Shown piece by piece: positions 21,551 to 33,212 of a stretch of 50,292 nt of DNA. The DNA lies in the NCBI RefSeq assembly GCF_001194135.2, contig NC_068987.1:56962088-57012379 (forward strand), in the 5' to 3' direction. Origin of the DNA: Octopus bimaculoides. Taxonomy: Eukaryota. The notes under the pieces are model-generated. The model searched no databases. It was given only the letters and a program-made list of their open reading frames with translations, and was not told the origin of the DNA. How positions within the stretch are numbered: position 1 is the first letter of the stretch; the number at the start of each line of letters is the position of its first letter. A program made the translations under genes and the position numbers.

Positions 21551-21870
21551 ACCCACACTCTCAGGGTTGGCACACTTAATGTTGACACACTGAAAGGTAG
21601 ATCTGGTGAGATTGTTGAGATGCTTGAACGGAGGCGTGTAGATTTGAGGTGCATCCAAGAAGTAAGATATAGAAAAGAAATTCTGCTAGGTTTCTTACAG
21701 GCAAAGAACATAGGTATAAGATTTTCTGGGTAGGGAACACTGATGGGGTCAGGGGCATGGGTATACTTCTTGCAGAGAAATGGGTTGATAAGGTAATCAG
21801 AGTCTATGATAGAATACTTAAGATTAGATTAGTACTGCAACATGGGATAGCAACCATTATCGTGGCGTGT
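21551..21870 (+). pseudogene. RTE LINE apurinic-endonuclease fragment
   Basis: TLRVGTLNVDTLKGRSGEIVEMLERRRVDLRCIQEVR..YKIFWVGN..GMGILLAEKWVDKV..DRILKIRL. Confidence 0.85.
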
Positions 21871-22404
21871 ATGGAAGTGAAGCCTTACAGCTGGGACATA
21901 AGAGATGACAGGCATAGAGAGGAATATAAATGTTGCATGGATGGTAGTTGAACCAAGAAAGAAAGGTCAGGCTTGGCCGAACACCAGTCATGTGGAGAGA
22001 GGTAGAAGCAGAGGGATAGAAGAATTAGGGAGGGACGAGAAAAAAGAAAAGGGACAGAGTGAAATCCATACATACACACATACACAACTGGCTTCTCTCA
22101 GCTTCTGTCTACCAAATCCACTCACAATATATGCATATGACAGGCTTATTTCTGTTTCCACTTACCATATCCTGCTCACAAGGTTTTGGTCACCATGGAC
22201 TAAAGTAGAAGATACTTGCTCAAGGTGCTGCACAGTGGGACTGGACCCTAGCTACATAACTGGCAAGTTTCTCCATCACACAGCTATACCTACGCCTTGG
22301 ATGAATAAACTTTAGTGCATGTTGAGTACTTCTCTCCTCTTTACACACACATACATTATATATATTGCATTATATATTTTGCATACATATACATTATATA
22401 TATT

Positions 22405-22865
22405 CTTTTTTTTCTGTTACTTGTTTCAGTCATTTGACTGTGGCCATGCTGGAGAACCACCTTAAAGAGTTTTAGTCAAACAAATCAACCCCAGGCCTTA
22501 TTTCTTAAGCCTAGTACTTATTCTGTCAGTCTCTTTTGCTAAACCATTAAGTTATGGGGATGTAAACATGCCAACGCCAGTTGTCAAGCAGTGATGGAGG
22601 GGGAAAAACACATACATAAAGACACACACACACGCAGATAAATACAGATATATATGTGTGTGTGTGTGTGTGTATGTGTGTGTGTGTGTGTATATATATA
22701 TATGACGAGCATCTTTCAGTTTCCTTCTACCAAATCCACTTACAAGGATTTGGTCAGCCTGAGGCTATAATAGAAGACACTTGCCAAAGGTATCAAGGTA
22801 CCATGCAGTTGGACTAAACCTGGAACCATGTGATTGGGAAACAAGCTTCTTACCACACAGCCACG
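22405..22865 (-). mobile_element. SINE family A, diverged copy
   Basis: Same architecture as 41191-41606, with a central (TG)n/(TA)n stretch. Confidence 0.8.
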
Positions 22866-22984
22866 TTGCCTGAAAGAAAGCACACTCTAAAAAGTTTTGT
22901 ACGCCAATTATAATTTATGTAGCTGAGTTATGGCTGTGCAGAAAACTATTATTGCTTTTATATCTATTTGCACTTGGTAATATA

Positions 22985-24091
22985 GGTGACTCATCAGACT
23001 TGCTGGTACATAACATCTTTACCTCCATTATTAAAGAGGTTATGTGCATCTAATCAGCAGGTCTAANNNNNNNNNNAAAACAAGTGGTAGTTGGATGGCA
23101 CAATATCATAATATGGTGGATGGGGTAAGAGATCCTAGCCAAGTTCATATAACTTTGTTCGGGAAGCAGAAGACATGTGGTCAGGCATTGTCTTGTTGGA
23201 ACACTATCCCTTTCCTGCTGGCAATCTCCAGCCTCAATTCTTTGAGTTTTTGGTTCAAATAAGCCAGCTGACGACAGCACACATCAGAATTAATGGTCTG
23301 GTTTTGTGGGAGAAGCTCATAATAAATAATACCTTTATGATCCCATCAAACACAAAGCATAGCTTTTTTGGCTTGGATACTTGTCTTTGAATTGCCGTTT
23401 TTGGTGATCCTTATGCAAACTCCAGGATCTTTTTTGCACTATGTTTTCGAACACAATCCATTTTTCATCTTCAGTCACAAGTTTTAAAAAAAAGCACGCT
23501 TTCATTCCATTTCAAAAGCATATCACAAACAGAATACCGGTCCAAGCAATTCTTTTCTGAGAGTTTGTGAGGGACCCATACATTATAGCGGGAAATGTAT
23601 CCTAGCTTCACTAGGTGTTCATGAGCTGTCCTTTTAGAAATTTTCAACTCTTCTGCAAGTTCCCTAGTCATGGTATTTGAGTTTTCTTCAGTGTTTGCCT
23701 TCAAAACATCTTCATCCAATTTTGAAGGTCTTCCACTGTGACTGTCATCTTCCAAGCTAAACTCTCCAGTTTTAAATCTTGCAAGCCACCTTTGAACAGT
23801 TGATTCACCTACAGTTTCACAAATGTTTTTGCAAGTCTTTACATTATTTCCATTTTTTAAAAAACGAAAAGCATTGCAACACAAATATGAAATTTTTGGT
23901 TATCCACTTCAAATGTCAATAAAGGGTAACTGGAATCAAAGTTAAATCTATTTTTAGTAAGGAATGAAGAAGAGATGCACTACCACTTCAAGCAATGCCA
24001 AAGTTTTAACTATGTTACATTTCAGGTGTGTTCAATGAAGTGTTAGAAGATTTAGCTTAATAACGCTCAAAACTTTCCAGATGACCTAATA
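22985..24091 (-). pseudogene. Mariner (Mos1/SETMAR-like) transposon with a decayed transposase
   Basis: ORF 23471-23884 has VGESTVQRWLARFKTGEFSLEDDSHSGRP..TRELAEEL..WVPHKL. IVFQQDNA occurs downstream. A TIR-like TA-TTAGGTCATCTGGAAAGTT lies at the right edge. The left boundary is approximate. Confidence 0.85.
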
Positions 24092-24354
24092 GAAATACCA
24101 TACTATGTACTAATGCAAACTATGGATACATAGTTACTGGTTCGAGTGAGGGATAATATTGATTTCCTTTGTAAACACAAGCCACAAATTTGGGAGCAGA
24201 GTGAAAAGAATTATGGGGAAACTTGAATTTGGTGAGATTTTGAGCAATTCTTCTAATCTTACATAGAAAGAAATAATATTAGATGAGGAATATTAATAAT
24301 TTAGTTGAAGCTTTGCAGTTCAGAGAGTAATTACCTCTGTTAGTAAGAAAAGAT

Positions 24355-24720
24355 TTCTCTCTCAGAGTGAAAGATAAAGTGTATGACGCTTGTGTATGAA
24401 TGACAATGCTAATGGTAGTGAAACGTGAGCCTGGAACGTAGAGGATTCACAAAACTAAAAAGAAATGAAGTTGATATGCTCAGCTGGATGTGCAACAACA
24501 CTATGCATAACATAAATAGGCTGAGAGAAAAAGTGGGCATAAGAGATATATGATGGGTATGGATGAGAACAGCTATATATATAGAAGTGCTGATTGCTTA
24601 AAATGGATGGAATTCATGGAAGAGGGAGACCCAGAAAAACGTGATGAAGTGGTGAAAGTTGATCTCAAGATTTTCAGTCACATGGAGATGATAAATTACC
24701 AAGATGACTGGTGATATGCA
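24355..24720 (+). pseudogene. RTE LINE post-RT fragment
   Basis: LRVKDKVYDACV..GSET..RNEVDMLSWMC..LREKVGI, degenerate. Confidence 0.7.
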
Positions 24721-25651
24721 GTGCCTGACTCACCCATCACAATGAAACTGAAGTTCTGGAAGCATAATGTGAATACACACAACTAAGCACCTAATCCAAT
24801 TTGCAAGTCATGCATGGTACATTGGGCAAGTGTCTTCTATAGCTTTGGGCCTTGCAGGTGGATTTATGTTCCATCATGGGGAAATAATTACCTCATTTGG
24901 AAATGGGTGAAGATTGGTGACAGGAAGGCCATTGAGCTGTAGAAAATCTGCCTCAATGAATTCCATCTGACCCATGTAATCATGGAAAAGTGGATGCAAA
25001 AAACAATGGTGTAAATGATCATCCTAATCCTAAATACAGAGTGAAGAAAGCAAAGAAAAACAAATCATTATAAATCCATATAAAGGATATATTGGTAGGA
25101 ATTTTACTACCAGTTTCTAATCACAGTTACTTGATGAAAATAACAAAGTTAGTTTAGATATAAATAAATCTGTACAGTTGGTGATCCAAGTAAGGAATAA
25201 AACTGATTTCCTTTGTAGGCACAAGCAACAAATTTAGGAGTGGAGTGAAAAGAATGATGAAGGGAAAACTTCAATTTGGTGAGACTTTGAGCCATTCTTC
25301 CAATCTCACAAAGAAATGATATTAGATTAGGAATATTAAAAATTTAACTGAAACTTCAGTTCTTTTGCCAAGGAGAAAAGCCAATTTCTGTCTAAGAGAG
25401 GACACCTTGGATAACAAAGTCTATTAGATGGAAAAAAAAACTGCAAAAAAGACAGAATAGTGATGACTGGAATGCTTTTGACTGTAGTTCTCAGCCAGGG
25501 CCAATCAGTGGATAAGCAACATTAGAAGTTACTTTGGCTTTCTGGTAGTAACCAAACTGGTTGAGATAATGATTATCATGGTCTAAGTCCTGTCTTGAAC
25601 TTATTGCATGTTAATCACAAAGCTTATTTACCATGCATATTTTCATCATAC

Positions 25652-25882
25652 CTACTTATAATCAAGCTAATGAGTGGACCTTCTGTATGGTCACTTGAGG
25701 TGCTAGAAATAGAAGCCAATTGTTCTCCAAATTGCATGCTATTCTTGAAATAGGACAGGTGTATTGGATAATGTAATTCTTTAGATGCAAAGTCAAAGAT
25801 AAGGTTGTGATGATCTAGACTCAATAGCTTCTGATCATACATCTTCTCTGTCAAAGTTGACTTAGGGTTTAACAACATCAAC
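25652..25882 (-). CDS. Internal coding exon of an unidentified host protein (231 bp, phase 2-2)
   Basis: Acceptor tttactttattctgtag|G and donor AAGTAG|gtatga. The length is divisible by 3 and the frame is open: (R)LMLLNPKSTLTEKMYDQKLLSLDHHNLIFDFASKELHYPIHLSYFKNSMQFGEQLASISSTSSDHTEGPLISLIIS(R). It is not repeat-like. Confidence 0.6.
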
Positions 25883-26244
25883 CTACAGAATAAAGTAAAC
25901 TTTATAGTATATTGAGCCAGTATACTATAAGAGTTCTGCCAAGGGCACTGACTAGCAGTAGCAGTAGTAGCTGGCTAAAAATCAAGTCTTCTAGCAAATA
26001 TTCTAAGGGTTTACCAACTCAGTGTTTTTTTCCATTAAATAAATGGTCAACAACACATTTGAAATAATAATAATAATATAAGATCAATCCAGAAGTATGA
26101 TTTGCATCAATGTGGAAATGATATCCCAAAAAGATTTCGAGAATTAAAAAAAAAAAAAAACAAACAAGGGCATGAAGTAATTAATTTTACACTGTAAGGG
26201 AAGAAACTACTGAGAGTTCAATATTTCAGACTATAGTTTGTCAA

Positions 26245-26315
26245 TGCATGAGAGAGAGAGGGAGAGAGAGAGGGAGAGAGAGAAAGAGAGAGAGAAGAGA
26301 AAGGAGAGAAAGAAG
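26245..26315. repeat. (GA)n purine-rich microsatellite
   Basis: Direct reading. Confidence 0.9.
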
Positions 26316-27094
26316 CAAATGTTTGGTGATGCTTCTAAAGTGGATAAATATTTAATTCCGTGTTGTTATGGAAGGAATGCAGCAGAAGCCAATCAGAAGA
26401 ATTAGTCTTAGAAGAAACGATAATTGTTTTAATTTACCTCAAAAGGATGAAAAGGTAAAAGCTGGCTGTGGTGAGATTTGAACTCAGAATGTAAAAAGCC
26501 AGAACAAATACACCAAGGCATTTTATCTGATGCTCTAGCATTTCTGCAAATTTGTTTCCCTTAGGAGAAGCAATAATACATTAGCAATAATTATTTTGTT
26601 AGCTTTCCATGTTAACTTTACGAGACATAGTACTGGAGAAAGTAACAGAAATCTATTCCAAGATATTCTTGCCTTTAACACAGGTGAAACATAGATGTTT
26701 CATCTACAAGCTAATCAAGGATTATGTTGGATTCATTAGAGATGTAATTATTATTCTTTTATAATTTAATCACTTTAAAAATATCTTACACTGATTCACT
26801 TAAATATTACTGTCTGAGAAAATATATAATAATACAGTTAAGTGAAAAGATTAAAGGAGAAATTCAATAAAGTTCTTACATTAGTATAAAACATTAAATT
26901 CATGAGAAAGTATAATAGGAAATTGTGGTATTTGCACAGGTGTAGCTGCATGGTAAGAAGTTTGCTTCCCAACCACATGATTTTGGATTCAGCCTCACTG
27001 CATAGCACCTTGAGTGTCTTCTACTATAACCCAGGGTTCACCAAAGTTTGTGAATAGATTGGGTAGACAAAATTGCCCCAAATCATATATATAT

Positions 27095-27243
27095 CATCAT
27101 CATCATCATCGTTTAACATCTGCTTTCCATGCTAGCATGGGTTGGACGATTTGACTGAGGACTGGCGAACCAGATGGCTGCACCAGGCTCCAATCTGATT
27201 TGGCAGAGTTTCTACAGCTGGATGCCCTTCCTAACGCCAACCA
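27095..27243 (-). mobile_element. RTE 3'-tail fragment/SINE
   Basis: (CAT)n followed by CGTTTAACATCTGCTTTCCATGCTAGCATGGGTTGG...GGATGCCCTTCCTAACGCC, identical in type to 36213-36370. Confidence 0.8.
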
Positions 27244-28320
27244 CACACAGATGAGAGAGAATGTAATAAATATAAATATAGAGGGGGAAGTTTACAATGA
27301 GAAAAGTGTAAATGAAAGAGATAAACAAATAGAGAGAGAGAGAGAGAGAGAGTAACATTTTTTCTGTTACTGTCACAGATTTTAAATTTTGTATATTGAT
27401 GTACTTTTTTATGCTGAATCCGATTTTGTGATTCATTTATTCCAGAAAAATTTTAGAAATATGTTACAGAGGTTAAAAGTTTGATAGATAATTTTTACTC
27501 AATCAGAAAAACAGGATTTGGAAGCCAACATTTTCTCTGTGATAGCTGGCTATCATAAAATGAAAGTAAACATTACAACAATGAAGTTTTAAAAATGAAA
27601 GCAATTATATGTCCTATCAAAAGTGAGTGGTGAGGGGAGTATGCATGAGAGATATACATATACAGAGAGTGATAAAGAGTTTGGGTAATATATGGGAGGG
27701 GAAAAAGGCATAAGAGAGAGCCTGATGGAGACAAAGGGTGGTAGATTTGTCAATCTAAAAGTTGAGCCATTTCTCATAGCAAATGAAATCTTTTTTATTA
27801 ATTACAACTGTAAACCTTGTTAAAATAGATTTCAAAAATCAAATCTGTTTTTCTTGAGGACACACTATTTCGGAGCCTTTCTGTGACATATTCACATACA
27901 TACACTCATTTATATAGCAGATATGTGGATGTGTGCGTGTTACTGTTTCTTTGTCTTGACTTCAGATGATGGTTATAAATGAATGTCGCCATCATACAAT
28001 CAGTGTCCTTCATTCTCAGTCTTCTGTGAAAACATGTCTGGTTCAGGAGAAATATTATCTTACTCGCAAAGAGGTAAGGGTTGTTGACAGGAAAGGCATC
28101 TAGCCATAGAAAATCTGCCTCAACAAAATTCTCTCCGACCCATATGAGCATGGAAAAATGGATGATGTCATTTTAAAGAGTGATAGTTTAGTAATGCATC
28201 TGAGATCATTATAGATAGAAATTAAAACTGAATCCAACAAACTCAAAAACACAAAAACAATCCATATCACTATAGAAACCGATGCAGAAAAAAAAAAGAC
28301 AATCTTTTTTCTTTTTTTAA

Positions 28321-28540
28321 CCCTTCTGCTACCAACCCAGCCGAGACTATTGCAGGCTCTCTGATATACATTGCCTGTTTCCAAGTGATTATAAATTAAA
28401 AGCTTACATCAAATTTTCATGTTAATTCATTTAATGTTCCAAATACTACTTTAATATTAAGTTAGTTTACCAAATTCTTTATCATTTTCACAACTGAAAC
28501 AAAGGCAGTGTATTTCAATAGAAATATGGTAGCAAAAGGG
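28321..28540. mobile_element. TTAA-flanked piggyBac-like MITE (family 2)
   Basis: TTAA|CCCTTCTGCTACC ... GGTAGCAAAAGGG|TTAA. Confidence 0.85.
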
Positions 28541-30049
28541 TTAAATTAATAAATAAAAATAATAACAAGGATCAAGAGCAGGTGCATTGATGTAAACTTT
28601 ATCTTGAAAGTCTGGAATCTGGTGCAGCATTTGTCCTTAATGTTTCCATCAGGTGATCAAAACATACAGCATGAAAATAAGCCATTCTAATAGAATCTAT
28701 GACTGGGTTCTAATTCAAAACAGTCCTATCTATTTATGCTGAAGTAGAGAACACACGGTTATGATTTCAAGCCCTACTGGTGCTACTAACTGCTATTACT
28801 GCTACTAATCAGTTTGATTGAAATGGTATTGCACAAATATTTTTTTTCCTAATTTAGGCACCAGGCCACATAGTTGAAAGCAGAATATAGTCAATTAGAT
28901 CAACTAGTACCTGTTCTCCTAATCACAAAGAATGAAAGGCAAAGTTAAACCTGGCAGGATATTTGAAAACAGTGTGAATGGACATTAAATAGCACAATGC
29001 TTTAAGTTCATTGCTCTACCAGTTCTGCCAGCCCTTCATAATAACAGCTACAATCAGCACCTTGTCACACAAGATTACCAAAACTCCCCTTGACTGATAA
29101 AACAGACCACAGGAGAGCCTTTACAGTCATTCAGTCTGGTTGTCACAGCAACCAAATATCTCTTATATCACATATTGCCATTTTAAAGAAAGGATGAGTC
29201 TGCAAAAATAAAACCCCAAAAAATGAGATAGTCATGGCTGGAACGTCTTTGAACCTAGGTCTGACCAGGGTCTAAACAACAATAACCTACTTCATTACTG
29301 AATGGTTAGGATGAGGTAGGATACAAGAAATATTAAAAACTATTACAGTCTTATCTCAAGTGATTATTATTTCAGCTATTTTCAACTCTCTTCTATAAAC
29401 ATGTTTTCTTTTGAATTTGGACACTGTGCCGGTGAGCTCTTTGATAAACTGTAATAATTTCAACAAAATAGTTGACACCCAAACAGAGTTCTTTTTTGTG
29501 TTGAATAAACTAGCCGGAGTATTGTAACAGATACATTTAAGGTAAACACTAATGTAGGAAAATATAAAAGAGTGATGTCTAGAAGAAAAGTGATGCTGTA
29601 GAGTGTATAAGATGACAATGAGACAGTGCATACAGGCGGAAACAGTGTGGTAATATTATATACAGGGACTGAAACAGTAATGTTTAAGAAGACTAGGGCA
29701 GCAGTAATATACAAGGAGACAGTGAGATAATAGTAGTGCATAGTTAGACAGTTTGTAGAGGACAGTGAGACAGTAATGTTTCCAAGCCAGTAAGTAATAT
29801 ATATGTAAACAATGATAGCTATGTATGAGAAGCTAAAAGGAGAATGAATAGTCTTTTTGGGGCTTGAATCAAGCACACACTGTATCATATTTAGAGACTG
29901 CTGAAGACCATAACCATCCAACATTTGGACACCACCAGTGGTCTTTTTATCAAGTTTAAGGGCTTCAGTGCTTAGCACACTACTCCAGGTTTAAGGACAC
30001 AAGTGGAGGAAACACTGTGACAAGTGTTTGCTAAAAACTGAAATGTTTA

Positions 30050-30560
30050 TAATAACAATAATAAAAATGATTATAACAATATTATTAATAATAATCATAT
30101 AATAATAATAATAATAATAATAATTGTTTCTAACATAGGCACAAGGCCAGAAATTTTGGGGAAAAGGGTTAGCCAATAAATTCTACCCCAGTACTTGACT
30201 GGTACTCTATTTTGTTGATCAGGAAGGGCAAAAGATAAAATCACCCTTGGCGAAATTTAAACTCAGAATGGAAAGAGCTGTGACTAGATACCACAATGCA
30301 TAATGTTTGATGCTCCAAAAATTCTGTCAATACAATAATAATAATAATAATAATAAAAACATTAATTTCTAACAATAGTACAAAAGCCAGAAATGTTTTG
30401 ACAGGGTATTCATTCATTTGATCAATTTTGGCCTTAGTATGTAAGTGGTACTTATCTTAAGGAGGAAAAATAAAAGTTCAACTTGGCAAGATTTGAACTC
30501 AGAATGTAAAGAGATGTAACTAAATATTATAAGGCATTTAATCTATCATTCTACGTTTCT
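30050..30560 (-). mobile_element. Two tandem degraded SINE family B copies with (TAA)n tails
   Basis: Each copy has a TAA array, then CTAACA.AG..CAA.GCCAGAAAT.TT, then ACTCAGAATG. The arrays are at about 30050-30125 and 30333-30357. Confidence 0.65.
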
Positions 30561-30730
30561 GCCATCCATTGCCATTTGATGTCCAATTGATATCTTTGTG
30601 TTTCAAAAGGAATATTATTAATATAATAATACTAATTGGGCCATGATTTAGAAACTGTTTGCAGTAGATAAGTGAAATAGCTGTCAAATGGATATTTCAT
30701 AGAGATAATAATACATCTGAAGAACAAACA

Positions 30731-30883
30731 TACTTTGTAAAGTACTATGTGATATCAGTTGAAAAAAAAAGTGTAAAATAAGTATTTTGTAAAGACTGAT
30801 ATATCTGTAGTACTAATTACTTTGTAAAATCAATGTCATATCAACAGAATAAAGTACTTTGTAAATAAGTGATATTTTGTAAA
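30731..30883 (-). promoter_or_regulatory. Five copies of TA(C/T)TTTGTAAA in the putative 3' UTR of the hydrolase gene
   Basis: Copies start at 30731, 30783, 30818, 30855 and 30873, within 41-193 bp of the stop codon. Function is unknown. Confidence 0.4.
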
Positions 30884-30923
30884 GAATATCTTGTAGTTGT
30901 TGAATATTCTAAGGAGAACAATA

Positions 30924-31814
30924 TCAAGGTAATGAAGTGGACGAACGAGCTGGTATATCATCTGCTTCATCAGTTTTACAATTGTCATTTGAATCACAGA
31001 TTAGAGGCAAACGGTCCAAGAAAGTTAATAAAATCTCAATATATTCTTCAGGATATTTCTGCAAGTGGCTAACATGTTTGGTATCATTCCAAGACTTGTA
31101 AAGGACAGGAATTCCATCATTTTCCCACAAAGATATAGTACTCTCAATCACTTCAGGGTTTGCAATAGAATCTTTATATGAATATAATAACAGAGTAGGA
31201 ATCCTTCGTGCATTTCGTATGAAAGCATGGTTGGCTTTAGAAAAATGGTCAGTCACAGATTTTTTGAAGATTTTCAAGTATTGGTTTAATAGATGGAAGA
31301 TTAGTCTCTGAGAAAAATAATTTTTTCCAATATTTACCGACATACCATATGCCACTCGATCTTTATCTACTGGACTATCAAAAACCTGACCAACAATACG
31401 TTTACCGAGGGCTGCAAGTTTCTTTGGTTCATTATCCATTTTCACAAGCATTTCCCCATAAATGTAACCACCCACTGAGAATCCATGCACAATAATAGGT
31501 TTATTTATACAGTCTTCTTTTTCTAAAAGATCAAAAATCTTTTCAACAAAACTTTGTGCTCGACTAGGTACAAGAACTTGTAGAGGGTTTACACTGATTT
31601 GTAACACATCATAGCCTTTACTACAGTAAATGTTGCTGTATTTCGTTAGATGGTGACTGCGAGCAAACATCCAGCCAAGCATTAACACAAGAGGAGGCCC
31701 GGTTCCATGAGCAGTGTGGAATGCTAAAGGAACTTTTGATTTCTTAAATTCTATATTTGTGTCAACTTTGTAGCCAGATATGAAACTCACCAATGTAGGC
31801 CGACATAGAAGCAA
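30924..31814 (-). CDS. TMEM53: DUF829/TMEM53-like alpha/beta-hydrolase, large terminal exon (297 codons incl. stop; the 5' exon is missing)
   Basis: Uninterrupted frame with family motifs PLVLMLGW, KYSNIY..GYDV, HGFSVGG, QVFDSP, LLYSYKD and HVSHLQKYPEEY. A phase-0 acceptor gtttttctatttccag|TTG makes the ORF-track TTG start intronic. The symbol denotes family likeness, not proven orthology. Confidence 0.88.
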   Translation of the reverse strand: MLLCRPTLVSFISGYKVDTNIEFKKSKVPLAFHTAHGTGPPLVLMLGWMFARSHHLTKYSNIYCSKGYDVLQISVNPLQVLVPSRAQSFVEKIFDLLEKEDCINKPIIVHGFSVGGYIYGEMLVKMDNEPKKLAALGKRIVGQVFDSPVDKDRVAYGMSVNIGKNYFSQRLIFHLLNQYLKIFKKSVTDHFSKANHAFIRNARRIPTLLLYSYKDSIANPEVIESTISLWENDGIPVLYKSWNDTKHVSHLQKYPEEYIEILLTFLDRLPLICDSNDNCKTDEADDIPARSSTSLP

Positions 31815-31934
31815 CTGGAAATAGAAAAACAAAAGTGTACATTAGTAAATTTACCATGTCATATCATAATATTCTTATTCTGACATATGATTAAGTAACA
31901 AAATCTTTATTAGTTATGACAATATATATATCTA

Positions 31935-32289
31935 TGGAGGTGCAATGGACTCGCAGTTAAAAGATTGCAGTTTCGATTCCCAGACTGGGCGTTGTGAGTG
32001 TTTATTGAGAGAAAACACCTAAAAGCTCCACGAGGCTCCAGCAGGGGTGAACCCTGCTGTATTCTTTCACCACAACTTTCTCACACTCTTTCTTCCTGAC
32101 TCTGTTGTACCTGCATTTCAAAGGGCTAACTTTGTCACACTGTGTGTCATGCTGAATCTCGCTGAGAACTATGTCAAGGGTACACATGTCTGTGGAGTGC
32201 TCAGCCACTTGCACATTAATTTCAGGAGCAGGCTGTTCCGTTGATCAGATTAACTGGAACCCTCATCACCATAACCGACAGAGTGCTAC
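31935..32289 (+). mobile_element. SINE family C copy with a deleted A-box region
   Basis: Homologous to the reverse complement of 16254-16636 (GTCTGTGGAGTGCTCAGC.ACTTGCAC.TTAATTTCA.GAGCAGGCTGTTCCGTTGATC). Confidence 0.8.
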
Positions 32290-33046
32290 AATATATATAA
32301 ACATACACACATACACATACTATGTAAAATAATAGTTTCTAACAGCTGCACAAGTTCATAAATATGTAGAAAGGATCTCATCAATTAAATTGATATCCAT
32401 ACTTGGATGGCACTTTATTTTATTGACCCCAGAAGGGCGAAAGACAAAGTTGACAGCAGTGGAATTTTGAACTCAGAACATACACAGCCAGAACAAATAT
32501 TCAAATATTACAAGGTATTTTGTCTGTTACACTAACAATTCTGCCAGTCTCTTCCACAAAAAGTTTGGCTAGAGCTTCAAACAAAATGCTTAGCAGTATT
32601 TCTTTTGATGAAGGTAACAAGCTGGCAGAACCATTAGCATGTTCCAAGTTCAAATTCTGTCAGTCAACTTTGCTTTTCATTCTTTTCAATATTATTGTTT
32701 GCATTGTTGCATCACCAAACATTAACATTCTATTTATATGTGAAATAAACGGCTTAGAATGCATAAAAAAACATGACAAAATGACAATAAATATTTCGTT
32801 GCACTAATTAATTACATCTTTTTAATCAAGAACAGATTAGTATCAATGAAAACATTTTCCCATTCCTTCCTCCTCCATTCAGGAGTTGACAGATGTACAA
32901 CTATAACAGAAAGAGTAAGAAGAATTAAAATAAGAATATATCAAATGATTAACTGTCTTTTTAAAAAAAAACATCCTGTAAATACTATATCAAGTGTTTT
33001 TTGGAAAGATCAACGTTGCCTTCCTGGCACTTCCCACTACACAGTG

Positions 33047-33197
33047 TGGTTGGCGTTAGGAAGGGCATCCAGCTGTAGAAACTCTGCCAAATCAGATTGG
33101 AGCCTGGTGTAGTCTTCTGGTTCGCCAGTCCTCAGTCAAATCGTCTAACCCATGTTAGCATGGAAAGCGGACATTAAACGATGATGATGATGATGAT
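33047..33197 (+). mobile_element. RTE 3'-tail fragment/SINE
   Basis: GGTTGGCGTTAGGAAGGGCATCCAGCTGTAGAAACTCTGCC...(GAT)n. Confidence 0.8.
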
Positions 33198-33212
33198 ATC
33201 TTAAACAACTTA

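Noticed and set aside
29460-29978. 172-aa hydrophobic ORF on the minus strand
   Set aside because: Much of it comes from a degenerate ACAGT-rich repeat that yields repeated ITVS/TVSL peptides. It has no family motif and no convincing splice sites.
31815-31832. TTG start of the 302-aa ORF
   Set aside because: It lies in the polypyrimidine tract of a canonical acceptor; the real start is in an upstream exon.
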